From Mobula hypostoma (taxonomy: Eukaryota): a stretch of 64,000 nt of DNA. The stretch covers positions 75,146,001 through 75,210,000 of the forward strand of contig NC_086108.1 of NCBI RefSeq assembly GCF_963921235.1, given 5' to 3'. The notes under the pieces are model-generated. The model was not told where the DNA came from and searched no databases. It worked only from the letters and a program-made list of their open reading frames with translations. Below are positions 25,890 to 37,839 of this stretch, one piece after another. Every line of letters starts with the position of its first letter. Positions within the stretch are counted from its first letter, which is position 1. The position numbers and the translations under genes were made by a program.

Positions 25890-26573
25890 CAGGTGAGGCA
25901 TCACTTCACCTGTGAGTCGACTGGGGTGATATACTGCGTCCGGTGCTCCCGATGTGGCCTTTTATATATTGGCGAGACCCGACGCAGACTGGGAGACCAC
26001 TTTGCTGAACATCTACGCTCTGTCTGCCAGAGAAAGCAGGATCTCCCAGTGGCCACACATTTTAATTCCACATCCCATTCCCATTCTGACATGTCTATCC
26101 ACGGCCTCCTCTACTGTAAAGATGAAGCCACACTCAGGTTGGAGGAACAACACCTTATATTCCGTCTGGGTAGCCTCCAACCTGATAGCATGAACATCGA
26201 CTTCTCCAACTTCCTCTAAGGCCCCACCTCCCCCTCGTACCCCATCTGTTACTCATTTTTATGCACACATTCTTTCTCTCACTCTCCTTTTTCTCCCTCT
26301 GTCCCTCTGAATATACCTCTTGCCCATCCTCTGGGTCACCCCCCCCCTTGTCTTTCTTCCCGGACCTCCTGTCCCATGATCCTCTCGTATCCCCTTTTGC
26401 CTATCACCTGTCCAGCTCTCGGCTCTATCCCTCCCCCTCCAACTTTCAAATCCCTTACTCACTCTTCCTTCAGTTAGTCCTGACGAAGGGTCTCGGCCTG
26501 AAACGTCGACTGCACCTCTTCCTACAGATGCTGCTTGGCCTGCTGCGTTCACCAGCAACTTTGATGTATGTTG
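25890..26573 (+). mobile_element. Penelope 3' fragment with GIY-YIG domain and pseudo-LTR
   Basis: ORF 25881..26219 reads GVIYCVRCSRCGLLYIGETRRRLGDHFAEH..EEQHLIFRLGSLQPDSMN; 14-bp TSD CCTGTATGTTCTAC at 25876-25889 and 26574-26587. Confidence 0.95.
26476..26511 (+). ncRNA. Minimal type I hammerhead ribozyme motif, best-preserved copy
   Basis: Stem I AGTC/GACT, core CTGACGA (26480-26486), stem II AGG/CCT, GAAA (26500-26503), palindromic ACGT stem III; predicted cleavage after C26507. Confidence 0.75.
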
Positions 26574-29359
26574 CCTGTATGTTCTACGTTGGTTTGTCCT
26601 TCCAACGTGCAATACCTCACACTTGTCAGTATTAAACTCCATCTGCCATTTTTCAGCCCATTTTTCCAGATGGTCCAAGTCCCTCTGCAGGCTCTGAAAA
26701 TCTTCCTCACTGTCTACTACACCTCCAATCTTTGTATCATCAGCAAATTTGCTGATCCAATTTACCACATTATCATCCAGATCATTGATATAGATGACAG
26801 ATAACAATGGACCCAGCACAGATCCCTGTGGCACACCACTAGTCACAGGCCTCCACTCAGAGAAGCAATTCTCTACCACCACTCTGGCTTCTTCCATCGA
26901 GCCAATGTCTAATCCAATTTACCACCTCTCCATGTATACCTAGCGACTGAATTTTCCTAACTAACCTCCCATGCGGGACCTTGTCAAAAGCCTTACCGAA
27001 GTCCATGTAGACAATATCCACTGCCTTCCCTTCATCCACTTTCCTGGTAACCTCCTCGAAAAACTCCAACAGATTGGTCAAACATGACCTACCACGCACA
27101 AAGCCATGTTGACTCTCCCTAATAAGCCCCTGTCTATCCAAATGCTTGTAGGTTCTGTCTCTTAGTACTCCCTCCAATAACTTACCTACTACTGACGTTA
27201 AACTCACCGGCCTATAATTTCCCGGATTACTTTTCGATCCTTTTTTAAACAACGGAACAACATGAGCCACTCTCCAATCCTCCGGCACTTCGGTAGACAG
27301 CGGCATTTTAAATATTTCTGCCAGGGTCCCGCAATTTCAACACTAGTCTCCTTCAAGGTCCGAGGGAACACTCTGTCAGGTCCCGGGGATTTATCCACTT
27401 TAATTTTCCTCAAGACGGCAAGCACCTCCTCCTTTTCAATCTGTACAGTTTCCATGGTCTCACTACTTGATTCCCTCAATTCCATAGATTTCATGCCAGC
27501 TTCCTTAGTAAATACAGACGCAAAAAACCTATTTAAGAGCTCCCCCATTTCCTTTGGTTCCGCACAAAGCCGACCACTCTGATCTTCAAAAGGACCAATT
27601 TTATCCCTTACAATCCTTTTGCTCTTAATATACTTGCAAAAGCTCTTTGGATTATCCTTCACTTTGACTGCCAAGGCAACCTCATGTCTTCTTTTAGCCC
27701 TCCTGATTTCTTTCTTAAGTATTTTCTTGCTCTTCTTATACGCCTCAAGCACCTGATTTACCCCCTGTTTCCTATACATTTCATACAACTCCCTCTTCTT
27801 CTTTATCAGAGTTGCAATATCCCTTGAGAACCAAGGTTCCTTATTCCTATTCAATTTGCCTTTAATCCTGACAGGAACATACAAACTCTGCACTCTCAAA
27901 ATTTCCCCTTCGAAGGCTTCCCACCAACCAATCGCATCTTTGCCAAAGAACAACCTGTCCCAATCCACGCTTTTTAGATCCTTTCTCGTTTCTTCAAATT
28001 TGGCCTTCTTCCAGTTCAGAACCTCAACCCTAGGACCAGATCTATCCTTGTCCATGATCAAGTTGAAACTAATGGTGTTATGATCACTGGAACCAAAGTG
28101 CTCCCCTACACAGACTTCTGTCACTTGCCCTAATTTGTTTCCTATCAGGAGATCCAATATTGCATCCCCTCTAGTTGGTCCCTCTATATATTGATTTAGA
28201 AAACTTTCCTGAACATATTTTACAAACTCTAAACCATCTAGACCCTAACAGTATGGGAGTCCCTTCCTTCTGAAATAACCAGTGAATTGTTTTTGAATCG
28301 GTAAAACCTAACTCAGAATGTTTACTGACACAAAAGCATGTCTTAATTACCAGCCGAGCTTCTCAAATGGCTTTTGTGCTATATTATTGATAGAATTTGC
28401 TTTGATGTTTAGAAGCATGTTTAAGGACAATTATTTTGTATCCTTTATGCCTTCTCCAGGGGGTTGGGGGGGGTGGGGGAGAGAGATGCTAACCTGGGTA
28501 TTCCCTTTATTTCATGTCACTGACGGATCTTTAAAAAACATGAATTTGACAGGCCTTCTAAAGACCATTTACTTTTGCTGGACTTTAATCTTTCTTGCCA
28601 ATTTCTACCCAAAGTCAAACTGTAATGTTAATGTACATCTTGTGTATATTAATTTGGAGATGGGTGGAGGGAGAAAGGGTGGTGCTAAGGAAATGGACCA
28701 CATTTTTCAGCTGCTTTCAGGATTTATACTTCTATAATGGATTAACTGAAATATTTATTGAGAAAGCAGGGAAATTGCTTCACATGTTAGTATCAAGTTA
28801 CAGTCATAGCAGTTTCCATTTTATATTAGAGTTTGCTGTATTACTGAAAGGGGATTAAATTAATAACAAACAATGGCTCAGAACAAGCATTTATGTGGCA
28901 ACATGCATGATTTTATTATTGCAAATTTGAACAATATTGCCTGAAGTCATTTTTGATGAGAAGGGCTAAGGTAACGCTGTCAGAATTAAAAAGGATTTGT
29001 GATTTTGTTTTTGACAGTTTCAGTCACGTTCCAAAGCATATTCCAAATTGGAAAGATTGAAATATGGAGTCATGGGAAAACTAGTAACAGATTCCATGCA
29101 TGATCAAGGGATTGGGAGTTAAACTGGAGTTTGGATTGGCTTTGGTTTTCAAGGGTGTTGGGCAATAGCTGTTTTTTTATGAAAGGGGGACGAACGTGTT
29201 ATCTTTGAAATGTAGAGAGATGAGAGTTGAATAGAGGGATCAATTTGCTATCATCATCCAGGCTCAGTTTGGAATAATATGCAATTTTGCCAAACAATAA
29301 TAAGGCCTGATATCACTTCATGTTATCCAACTGGATCTGATGATGGTTGGCTGAGCGAT

Positions 29360-29570
29360 TTCTTTGCCAGATATGTTCCTGAAAGTACTAAAGGTCTGCA
29401 CTCCAGAAACAGTGTCTCCAGCTATTTTCTTCTGCTACACTGGCATCTACTCTGCTATATGGAAAATTGTTCAGGTATGTTCTGTTCACAAAATATGGAG
29501 CAAATCCTATTTACCAAATACTGTATCTAGATTCTACAGATAATTACCCTACTGTCTCTGATTGGTAAGT
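29360..29570 (+). mobile_element. Ancient LINE RT fragment
   Basis: A frame not in the ORF track reads KVLKVCTPETVSPAIFFCYTGIYSAIWKIVQVCSVHK, resembling the LINE RT motif VLK.CA.EL..PL..LF..S..TG..P..WK.A.V.PVHK. Confidence 0.6.
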
Positions 29571-29886
29571 GAGTTGCGAGTATCTAAGGACAACAAAACT
29601 ATAGGAGAATGAGAAAAGAGATTAAAATCAATAGTGGTTGCTCAGTGCAGAAACTGAGGGAGCAAAGCAGAGATGGCATTTAGAAGAAAACTTAATGGGG
29701 GGCACCTAAGCATTTATAAGGAAAGTTTAGGTCTGGAGAAAGGTGAGCATGGACTAGAGGGAAAAGAGGGACCAAAAGATGATTTTGTTCTGAAGGTCAT
29801 TGTTCCTTTATGTTGGAAATTATAGTGACACTCCAGAAAGGGAGAAAGGAGATAAATTTCTGTCAAACACAAAAAGTCAAGAGTTT

Positions 29887-30022
29887 AAACACAAGAGATT
29901 CTGTAGAGGCTGGAAACCTTGAGCACCACAAAATGCTGGAGGAACTCAGCAAGTCAGGCAGTATCTATGGAGGGGAATAAACAGTGGATGTATTGGGCCA
30001 AGACCCTTCATCAGAACTGATG
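29887..30022 (-). mobile_element. Solo Penelope pseudo-LTR end with decayed hammerhead
   Basis: Reverse complement reads CTGATGAAGGGTCTTGGCCCAATACATC..CTGCTGAGTTCCTCCAGCATTTTGTG..; diverged flanking repeat AAAAAGTCAAGAGTTT / AAAAATCAGAAGTTT. Confidence 0.8.
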
Positions 30023-31756
30023 AAAAATCAGAAGTTTTCCCCTAAATGAAGGGTGTGAATAAGTATGAACTTCATCATGACTGAACAGAGAAAACATGGA
30101 AAGGGACATTAATAGTAAAGCACTTTTTGATAATGCAAATGATAGTGGTAGAATGAATAGTGGAACTAGGGGAAAAAGTTTTGCTCTCAGTTAAGCTAGT
30201 AAGAGGGAAAATTGCCATCATTGGACTTTATAATGATATAAAAGCAAATAAAGACTTTTTATGGGTCTCTCATTGAGTACTAAGTGCCACACAGTGCCGT
30301 GGGAATTCTAGTCTCACACAGTGACAGAAAAGAAGGGCGTCTGAGAAATTGTGATAGTCTATGTAAAAGCTACAGCACAAATGCTCTCCTTTTGGAGCCT
30401 GACATCCAAGTGAACCTTTCTTATCTATTTTCCTTCCTTTCCTTCAAAAAATTATCAGGCACTCTGGCATATCACATTTCTGCTATCATAGCCATTGATG
30501 TGCAATAACAGATAAGGTGAGCATTTGCTCTTTATCTCAAGAAAATGAAGCTAAGGTTTAAACTAGCCATGATCTAACATTACCGTAACAGGCTTAAGAA
30601 CCTGAAAGCATACACCTGTCCTTAATGCTTTAATATTATTAAACTTTAATTACTGTTTGTATGGTTTAAACTTTTACAAAGTTGATTTTTCACCAGTTTT
30701 GTCAATCATAAAGTTAACTGTAAAGTAAGAAATAGGAATAGATTTAGATTCACCCACAGCCTTTAAAATATTATGTAGCTACCTTAAGGGGAGAAACATA
30801 TTAGTGGAAAACAAATAAACATTATTGATTACTGAGATCTGCAGTATAAAAATGCAAACCTCCCAAGTGAAGGTTTCCCTTTGATTCGGTATTCAGACAC
30901 AGTGCAATGAAGCCTGAGGTAATGTTGAAATGGGGCCAAAGTTATAAAATATAACAGTTTATTTTCCAGCTCTTTTGCACTGCTGCTCTTACAAAGAGAA
31001 ATAGAAGATGGGGTCATTTAACTATTCAATTATTCCTTAAGAAAATCTACTTTAAGAAAAGCATTTGAATATAAATAATATCTCAGATGATACTGGGCGA
31101 TGGTCCTTTAGGATTATTCTTTCCCACCCTGCTCTTCTGCAATTTTCCTTACCTCTCCATTCACTGTTCTAGGCTAAGGCGGTCTCCTAAAACTTAAATC
31201 ATCTATTGGTTGCTCTTCCTTTTATTAATTCAAGGGATATGAGTTCCTTAGGATGAACAAATGTTTAACTGGCAATCCATAGTGGTCCTTAAGAAGGTGA
31301 TGATAACCTGTGTCCCTGATCCACTGCAGACCTTGCGGTGTGAGTACACATACAATACTAATAGGGAAGGAGTTCCAGGAGTTTGACCTAGCACCAGCGA
31401 GAAATGACTATACTGTATATTCTCAAGTCACAGTGGTGTGTGGTTAGACGGGCAACATCCAGGCGGTGGTGCTCCTATGCTTCCATTGCCTTTGTCTTTC
31501 TAGCAGGTAGAGGTTGTGGGTTTGGGAATCTGCTATGTAAGAAGTTTGGTAAGTTGAACCAATGCACCTAATAGATGGTCCGAACTGTTGCAACTGTGCA
31601 TCAGAGGTGGAGCGAGAGAATGATTTTGGATGGGGTGCCCATCAAGCTGGCTGCTGTGTCCCATATGGGTCCAAGTTTCTTGAGTGCTGTTGAAGCTGGA
31701 CTCAATCAAGAAGGTGAAGGGCATTCCATTACACAACTGACGTGAGTCTTGTAAAT

Positions 31757-32525
31757 CAAGCAACACACAAAAAAAATGCTGGAGAATGCAGCAGGCCAGG
31801 CAGCATCTCTAGGAAGAGGTACAGTCGATGTTTTGGGCTGGGACCCTTCGTCAGGACTAACTGAAAGGAGAGATAGTAAGAAATTTGAAAGTGGGAGGGG
31901 GAGGGGGAGATCCGAAATGATAGGAGAAGACAGGAGGGGAGGGGGTGGATCTAAGAGCTGGAGAAGGGAGAGGATCTTGCTTTCTCTGGTGGACAGAGCG
32001 TAGGTGTTCAGCCAAATGGTCTCCCAGCCTGCATCGGGTCTCGCCAATATATAGAAGGCCATACCGGGAGCATCGGATGCAGTATGTCCCCCCAGCCGAC
32101 TCACAGGTGAAGTGTCGCCTCACCTGGAAGGACTGTCTGGGGCCCTGAATGGTGGTGAGGGAAGAAGTGTAAGGGCATGTGTAGCACTTGTTCCGCTTAC
32201 AAGGATAAGTGCCGGGAGGGAGATCAGTGGAAAGGGATTGGGGGGTGGGGGGGGGAACGAACGGACAAGGGAGTCGCATAGGGAGCGATCCTTGCGGAAA
32301 GCAGAAAGGGAGGGAGGGAAAGATGTGTTTGGTGGTGGGATCCCGTTGGAAGTGGCGGAAGTTACGGAGAATTATATGTTGGACCCGGAGGCTGGTGGGT
32401 TGGTAGATTAGGACAAGGGAATCCCTATTCCTAGTGGGGTGGTGGGAGGATGGGGTGAGAACAGATGTGCGTGAAACGGGAGAGATGCATTTGAGAGCAA
32501 AGTTGATAGTGGAGGAAAGGAAGCC
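31757..32525 (-). mobile_element. Inverted terminal arm of the Penelope element (GIY-YIG plus pseudo-LTR)
   Basis: ORF 31857..32279 reads PCKRNKCYTC..TYCIRCSRYGLLYIGETRCRLGDH; reverse complement of about 38680-39800 with an internal deletion at a GATC microhomology. Confidence 0.92.
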
Positions 32526-32570
32526 ATCTATCCAACCTCAAAGTTCCCTCACCCTGCACTTCCTGTTTCT

Positions 32571-35500
32571 TGGTAGTTAATAGAGCAGTGAAAGAAGTGC
32601 ATGGAGTAAAGCCAGATCTAACATACAGAGAGGCTTTGAGGAAAGAGAAGCAGAATAAACGGTGTAAAGACAGTAAGGTAGAAGGGCTGAAATGTGTGTA
32701 CCTCAATGCAAGAAGCATCAGGAACAAAGGTGATGAACTGAGAGCTTGGATACATACATGGAATTATAATGTAGTGGCCATTACAGAGACTTGGCTGGCA
32801 CCAGGGCAGGAATGCATTCTCAATATTCCTGGATTTCAGTGCTTTAAAAGGGATAGAGAGGGAAGAAAAAGGGGAGGAGGGGTGGCATTACTGGTCAGGG
32901 ATACTATTACAGCTACAGAAAGGGTGGGTAATGTAGCAGGATCCTCTTCTGAGTCAATATGGGTGGAAGTCAGGAACAGGAAGGGAGCAGTTACTCTATT
33001 GGGGGTATTCTATAGGCACCCTGGTAGTAGCAGAGATGCAGAGGAGAAGATTGGGAGGCAGATTTTGGAAAGGTGCACAAAAAAAACAGGGTTGTTATCA
33101 TGGGTGACTTTAACTTCCCTAATATTGATTAGCACCTGATTAGTTCCAAGGGATTAGATGGGGCAGAGTTTGTTACGTGTGTCCAGGACGGATTCCCGTC
33201 ACAGTATGTGGACAGGTCGACCAGGGGGAATGCCATACTAGATCTAGTACTAGGTAATGAACCGGTCAGGTCACAGATCTCTCAGTGGGTGAGCATCTGG
33301 GGGACAGTGACCACCGCTCCCTGGCCTTTAGCATTATCATGGAAAAGGATAATCAGAGAGGACAGGAAAATTTTTAATTGGGGAAAAGTAAATTATGAGG
33401 CTATAAGGCTAGAAGTTGCAGGTGTGAATTGGGATGATGTTTTTGCAGGGAAATGTACTATGGACATGTGGTTGATGTTTAGAGATCTCTTGCGGGATGT
33501 TAGGGATAAATTTGTCCCGGTGAGGAAGATAAAGAATGGTAGGGTGAAGGAACCATGGGTGACAAGTGAGGTGGAAAATCTAGTCAGGTGGAAGAAGGCA
33601 GCATACATGAGGTTTAGGAAGCAAGAATCAGATGGGTCTATTGATGAATATAGGGAAGCAAGAAAGCAGCTTAAGAAGGGGCTGAGAAGAGCAAGAAAGG
33701 GGCATGAGAAGGCCTTGGCAAGTAGGGTAAAGGAAAACCCCAAGGCATTCTTCAATTATGTGAAGAAAAAAAGGATGACAGGAGTGAAGGTAGGACCGAT
33801 TAGAGATAAAGGTGGGAAGATGTGCCTGGAGGCTGTGGAAGTGAGCGAGGTCCTCAGTGAATACTTCTCTTCAGTATTCACCAATGAGAGGGAACTTGAT
33901 GATGGTGAGGACAATATGAGTGAGGTTGATGTTCTGGAGCATGTTGATATTAAGGGAGAGGAGGTGTTGGAGTTGTTAAAATACATTAGGACAGATAAGT
34001 CCCCAGGACCTGATGGAATATTCCCCAGGCTGCTCCACGAGGTGAGAGAAGAGATTGCTGAGCCTCTGGCTAGGATCTTTATGTCCTCGTTGTCCACAGG
34101 AATGGTACCGGAGGATTGGAGGGAGGCGAATGTTGTCCCCTTGTTCAAAAAAGGTAGTAGGGATAGTCCGGGTAATTATAGACCAATGAGCCTTATGTCT
34201 GTGGTGAGAAAGCTGTTGGAAAAGATTCTTAGAGATAGGATCTATAGGCATTTAGAGAATCATGGTCTGATCAGGGACAGTCAGCATGGCTTTGTGAAGG
34301 GCAGATCATGTCTAACAAGCCTGATAGAGTTCTTTGAGGAGGTGACCAGGCATATAGATGAGGGTAGTGCAGTGGATGTGATCTATATGGATTTTAGTAA
34401 GGCATTTGACAAGGTTCCACACGGTAGGCTTATTCAGAAAGTTATAAGGCATGGGATCCAGGGAAGTTTGGCCGGGTGGATTCAGAATTGGCTTGCCTGC
34501 AGAAGGCAGAGGGTGGTGGTGGAGGGAGTACATTCAGATTGGAGGATTGTGACTAGTGGTGTCCCACAAGGATCTGTTCTGGGACCTCTACTTTTCGTGA
34601 TTTTTATTAACGACCTGGATGTGGGGGTAGAAGGGTGGGTTGGCAAGTTTGCAGACGACACAAAGGTTGGTGGTGTTGTAGATAGTGTAGAGGATTGTCA
34701 AAGATTGCAGAGAGACATTGATAGGATGCAGAAGTGGGCTGAGAAGTGGCAGATGGAGTTCAACCCGGAGAAGTGTGAGGTGGTACACTTTGGAAGGACA
34801 AACTCCAAGGAAGAGTACAAAGTAAATGGCAGGATACTTGGTAGTGTGGAGGAGCAGAGGGATCTCAGGGTACATGTCCACAGATCCCTGAAAGTTGCCT
34901 CACAGGTGGATAGGGTAGTTAAGAAAGCTTATGGGGTGTTAGCTTTCATAAGTCGAGGGATAAAGTTTAAGAGTCGCGATGTAATGATGCAGATCTATAA
35001 AACTCTGGTTAGGCCACACTTGGAGTACTGTGTCCAGTTCTAGTCACTTCACTATAGGAAGGATGTGGAAGCATTGGAAAGGATACAGAGGAGATTTACC
35101 AGGATGCTGCCTGGATTAGAAAGTATGCATTATGATCAGAGATTAAGGGAGCTAGGGCTTTACTCTTTGGAGAGAAGGAGGATGAGAGGAGACATGATAG
35201 AGGTGTACAAGATAATAAGAGGAATAGACAACAGACAATATGTGCAGAGGTAGACCATTCGGCCCTTCGAGCCTGCACCGCCATTCTGAGATCATGGCTG
35301 ACATACCCGGTTCCTGCCTTGTCCCCATAACCCTTGATTCCCCTATCCATAAGATACCTATCTAGCTCCTTCTTGAAACCATCCAGAGAATTGGCCTCCA
35401 CTGCCTTCTGAGGCAGCGCGTTCCACACCTCCACAACTCTCTGGGAGAAGAAGCTCCTCCTCAACTCTGTCCTAAATGACCCACCCCTTATTCTTAAACC

Positions 35501-37839
35501 ATGCCCTCTGGTACTGGGCTCTCCCAGCATCTGGAACATATTTCCTGCCTCTATCTTGTCCAATCCTTTAATAATCTTATATGTCTCAATCAGATCCCCC
35601 CTCAATCTCTTTAATTCCAACATGTACAAGCCCAGTCTCTCTAACCTCTCTGCGTAAGACAGTCTGGACATCCCAGGAATTAACCTAGTGAACCTACGCT
35701 GCACCTCCTCCACGGCCAGGATGTCCTTCCTTAACCCTGGAGACCAAAACTGCACACAATACTCCAGGTGTGGTCTCACCAGGGCCCTGTACAAATGCAA
35801 AAGGATTTCCTTGCTCTTGTACTCAATTCCCTTTGTAATAAAGGCCAACATTCCATTAGCCTTCTTCACTTGCTCATTCACCTTCAGAGTCTGATGAACA
35901 GATACTCCTCGATCTTTTTGTATTTCTCCCTTACCTAACTCCACACCGTTCAGATAATAATTTGCCTTCCTGTTCTTGCTCCCAAAGTGAATAACCTCAC
36001 ACTTAATCACATTAAGCACCATCCGCCATGTTTCTGCCCACTCACCCAGCCTATCCAAGTCACCTTGTATTCTCCTAACATCCTCATCACATGTCACACT
36101 GCCACCCAGCTTAGTATCATCAGCAAACTTGCTGATGTTATTCACAATGCCTTCCTCTAAATCATTGACGTAAATCGTAAACAGCTGTGGTCCCACTACC
36201 GAGCCCTGTGGCACCCCACTAGTCACCACCTGCCATTCCGAGAAACACCCATTCACTGCCACCCTTTGCTTTCTATCTGCCAACCAGCTTTCTATCCATG
36301 TCAATATCCTCCTCCCAATGCCATGAGCTCTGATTTTACTCACATTCTCCTATGTGGTACCTTATCAAATGCCTTCTGAAAGTCAAGGTACACCACATCC
36401 ACTGGATCTCCCGCGCCTATCTTCCTGGTTACATCCTCGAAAAACTCCAATAGATTAGTCAAGCATGATTTGCCCTTGGTAAATCCATGCTGGCTCGGCC
36501 CAATCCTATCACTGCTATCAAGATATGCCGCTATTTCATCTTTAATAATGGACTCTAGCGTCTTCCCCACTACTGATGTTAGGCTAACGGGATGATAGTT
36601 CTCTGTTTTCTCCCTCCCTCCTTTCTTAAACAGTGGGATAACATTAGCCATTTGCCAATCCTCAGGAACTGATCCTGAATCTAAGGAACATTGGAAAATG
36701 ATCACCAATGCATCCGCAATTTCCAGAGCCACCTCCTTTAGTACCCTAGGATGCAAACCATCTGGACCTGGGGATTTGTTAGCCTTCAGTCCCATCAGTC
36801 TACTCATCACTGTTTCCTTCCTAATGTCAATCTGTTTCGGTTCCTCTGTTACCCTATGCCCTTGGCCCATCCATACATCTGGGAGATTGCTTGTGTCTTC
36901 CCTAGTGAAGACAGATCCAAAGTACTTATTAAATTCGTCTGCCATTTCTCTGTTTCCCATAACAATTTCTCCCAATTCATTCTTCAAGGGCCCAACATTG
37001 TTCTTAACTATCTTCCTTCTCTTCACATACCTAAAAAAACTTTTGCTATCCTCCTTTATATTCCTAGCTAGGTTGCATTCATACCTCATTTTTTCTCCCC
37101 GTATTGCCTTTTTAGTTAAGTTCTGTTGCTCCTTAAAAATTTCCCAATCATCTGTCTTCCCACTCACCTTAGCTCTGTTATACTTCTTTTTTAATGTTAT
37201 GCTATCTCTGACTTCCTTTGTCAACCACTGTGGCCACATTCCCCCCTTTGAATCCTTCCTTCTCCGGGGGATGAGCTGATTTTGCACCTTGTACATTATT
37301 CCCAAGAATACCTGCCATTGCTGTTCCACTGTCTTTTCTGCTAGGATATCCGACCAGTCAACTTTGGCCAGCTCCTCCCTCATAGTCTCCTTTGTTCAAC
37401 TGCAATACTGACACTTCTGATCTGCCCTTATCCCTCTCAACTTGCAGATAAAAACTTATCATATTATGGTCACTACCTCCTAATGGCTCCTTTACTTGAA
37501 GATCACTTATCAAATCCATTCAATAGATAGAGTGGATAGCCAGCGCCTCTTCCCCAGGGCACCACTGCTCAATACAAGAGGACATGGCTTTAAGGTAAGG
37601 GGCGGGAAGTTCAAGGGAGATATGAGAGGAAAGATTTTTACTCAGAGAATGGTTGGTGCGTGGAATGCACTGCCTGAGTCAGTGGTGGAGGCAGATGCAC
37701 TAGTGAAGTTTAAGAGACTACTAGACAGGTATATGGAGGAATTTAAGGTGGAGGCTTATATGGGAGGCAGGGTTTGAGGGTCAGCACAACATTGTGGGCT
37801 GAAGGGCCTGTACTGTGCTGTACTATTCTATGTTCAATG
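32571..37839 (+). mobile_element. CR1-A LINE, near-complete ORF2 pseudogene (32571-35228 and 37522-37839)
   Basis: Endonuclease ORF 32570..33139 (YLNARSIRNK, VAITETWL, RGGGVALLV); RT ORF 33208..35043; frameshifts and a TAG at 35041; CTATGTT-type tail; TTCT at both junctions. Confidence 0.95.
35229..37521 (-). mobile_element. CR1-B LINE (different subfamily, 5' truncated) inserted antisense in CR1-A
   Basis: ORFs 36340..37383 and 35096..36343 (SGVPQGSVVGP, KFADDTKL); 6-bp TSD AATAGA at 35223-35228 and 37522-37527; the empty site GGAATAGATAGAGTGG is seen in the sister copy at about 43214-43229. Confidence 0.95.

Larger units (their letters stand above)
25108..28262 (-). mobile_element. CR1 LINE ORF2 pseudogene (5' truncated), split by a Penelope insertion
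   Basis: ORFs 27204..28157, 26857..27306 (NYRPVSLTS, YMDFGKAFDKVPH), 26259..26897 (SGVPQGSVLGP, KFADDTK) and 25360..25692; CATAGAAC tail at 25108; possible TSD CTTCTTTC/CTTCCTTC. Confidence 0.95.

Noticed and set aside
29371..29474. Apparent exon with AG acceptor, GTATGT donor and open frames
   Set aside because: One frame is a LINE RT motif (TGIYSAIWKIVQVCSVHK) that continues through the supposed donor
33208..35043. 611-aa ORF as a functional or domesticated gene
   Set aside because: It is a CR1 ORF2 segment with upstream frameshifts, a premature stop at 35041 and a nested insertion just downstream
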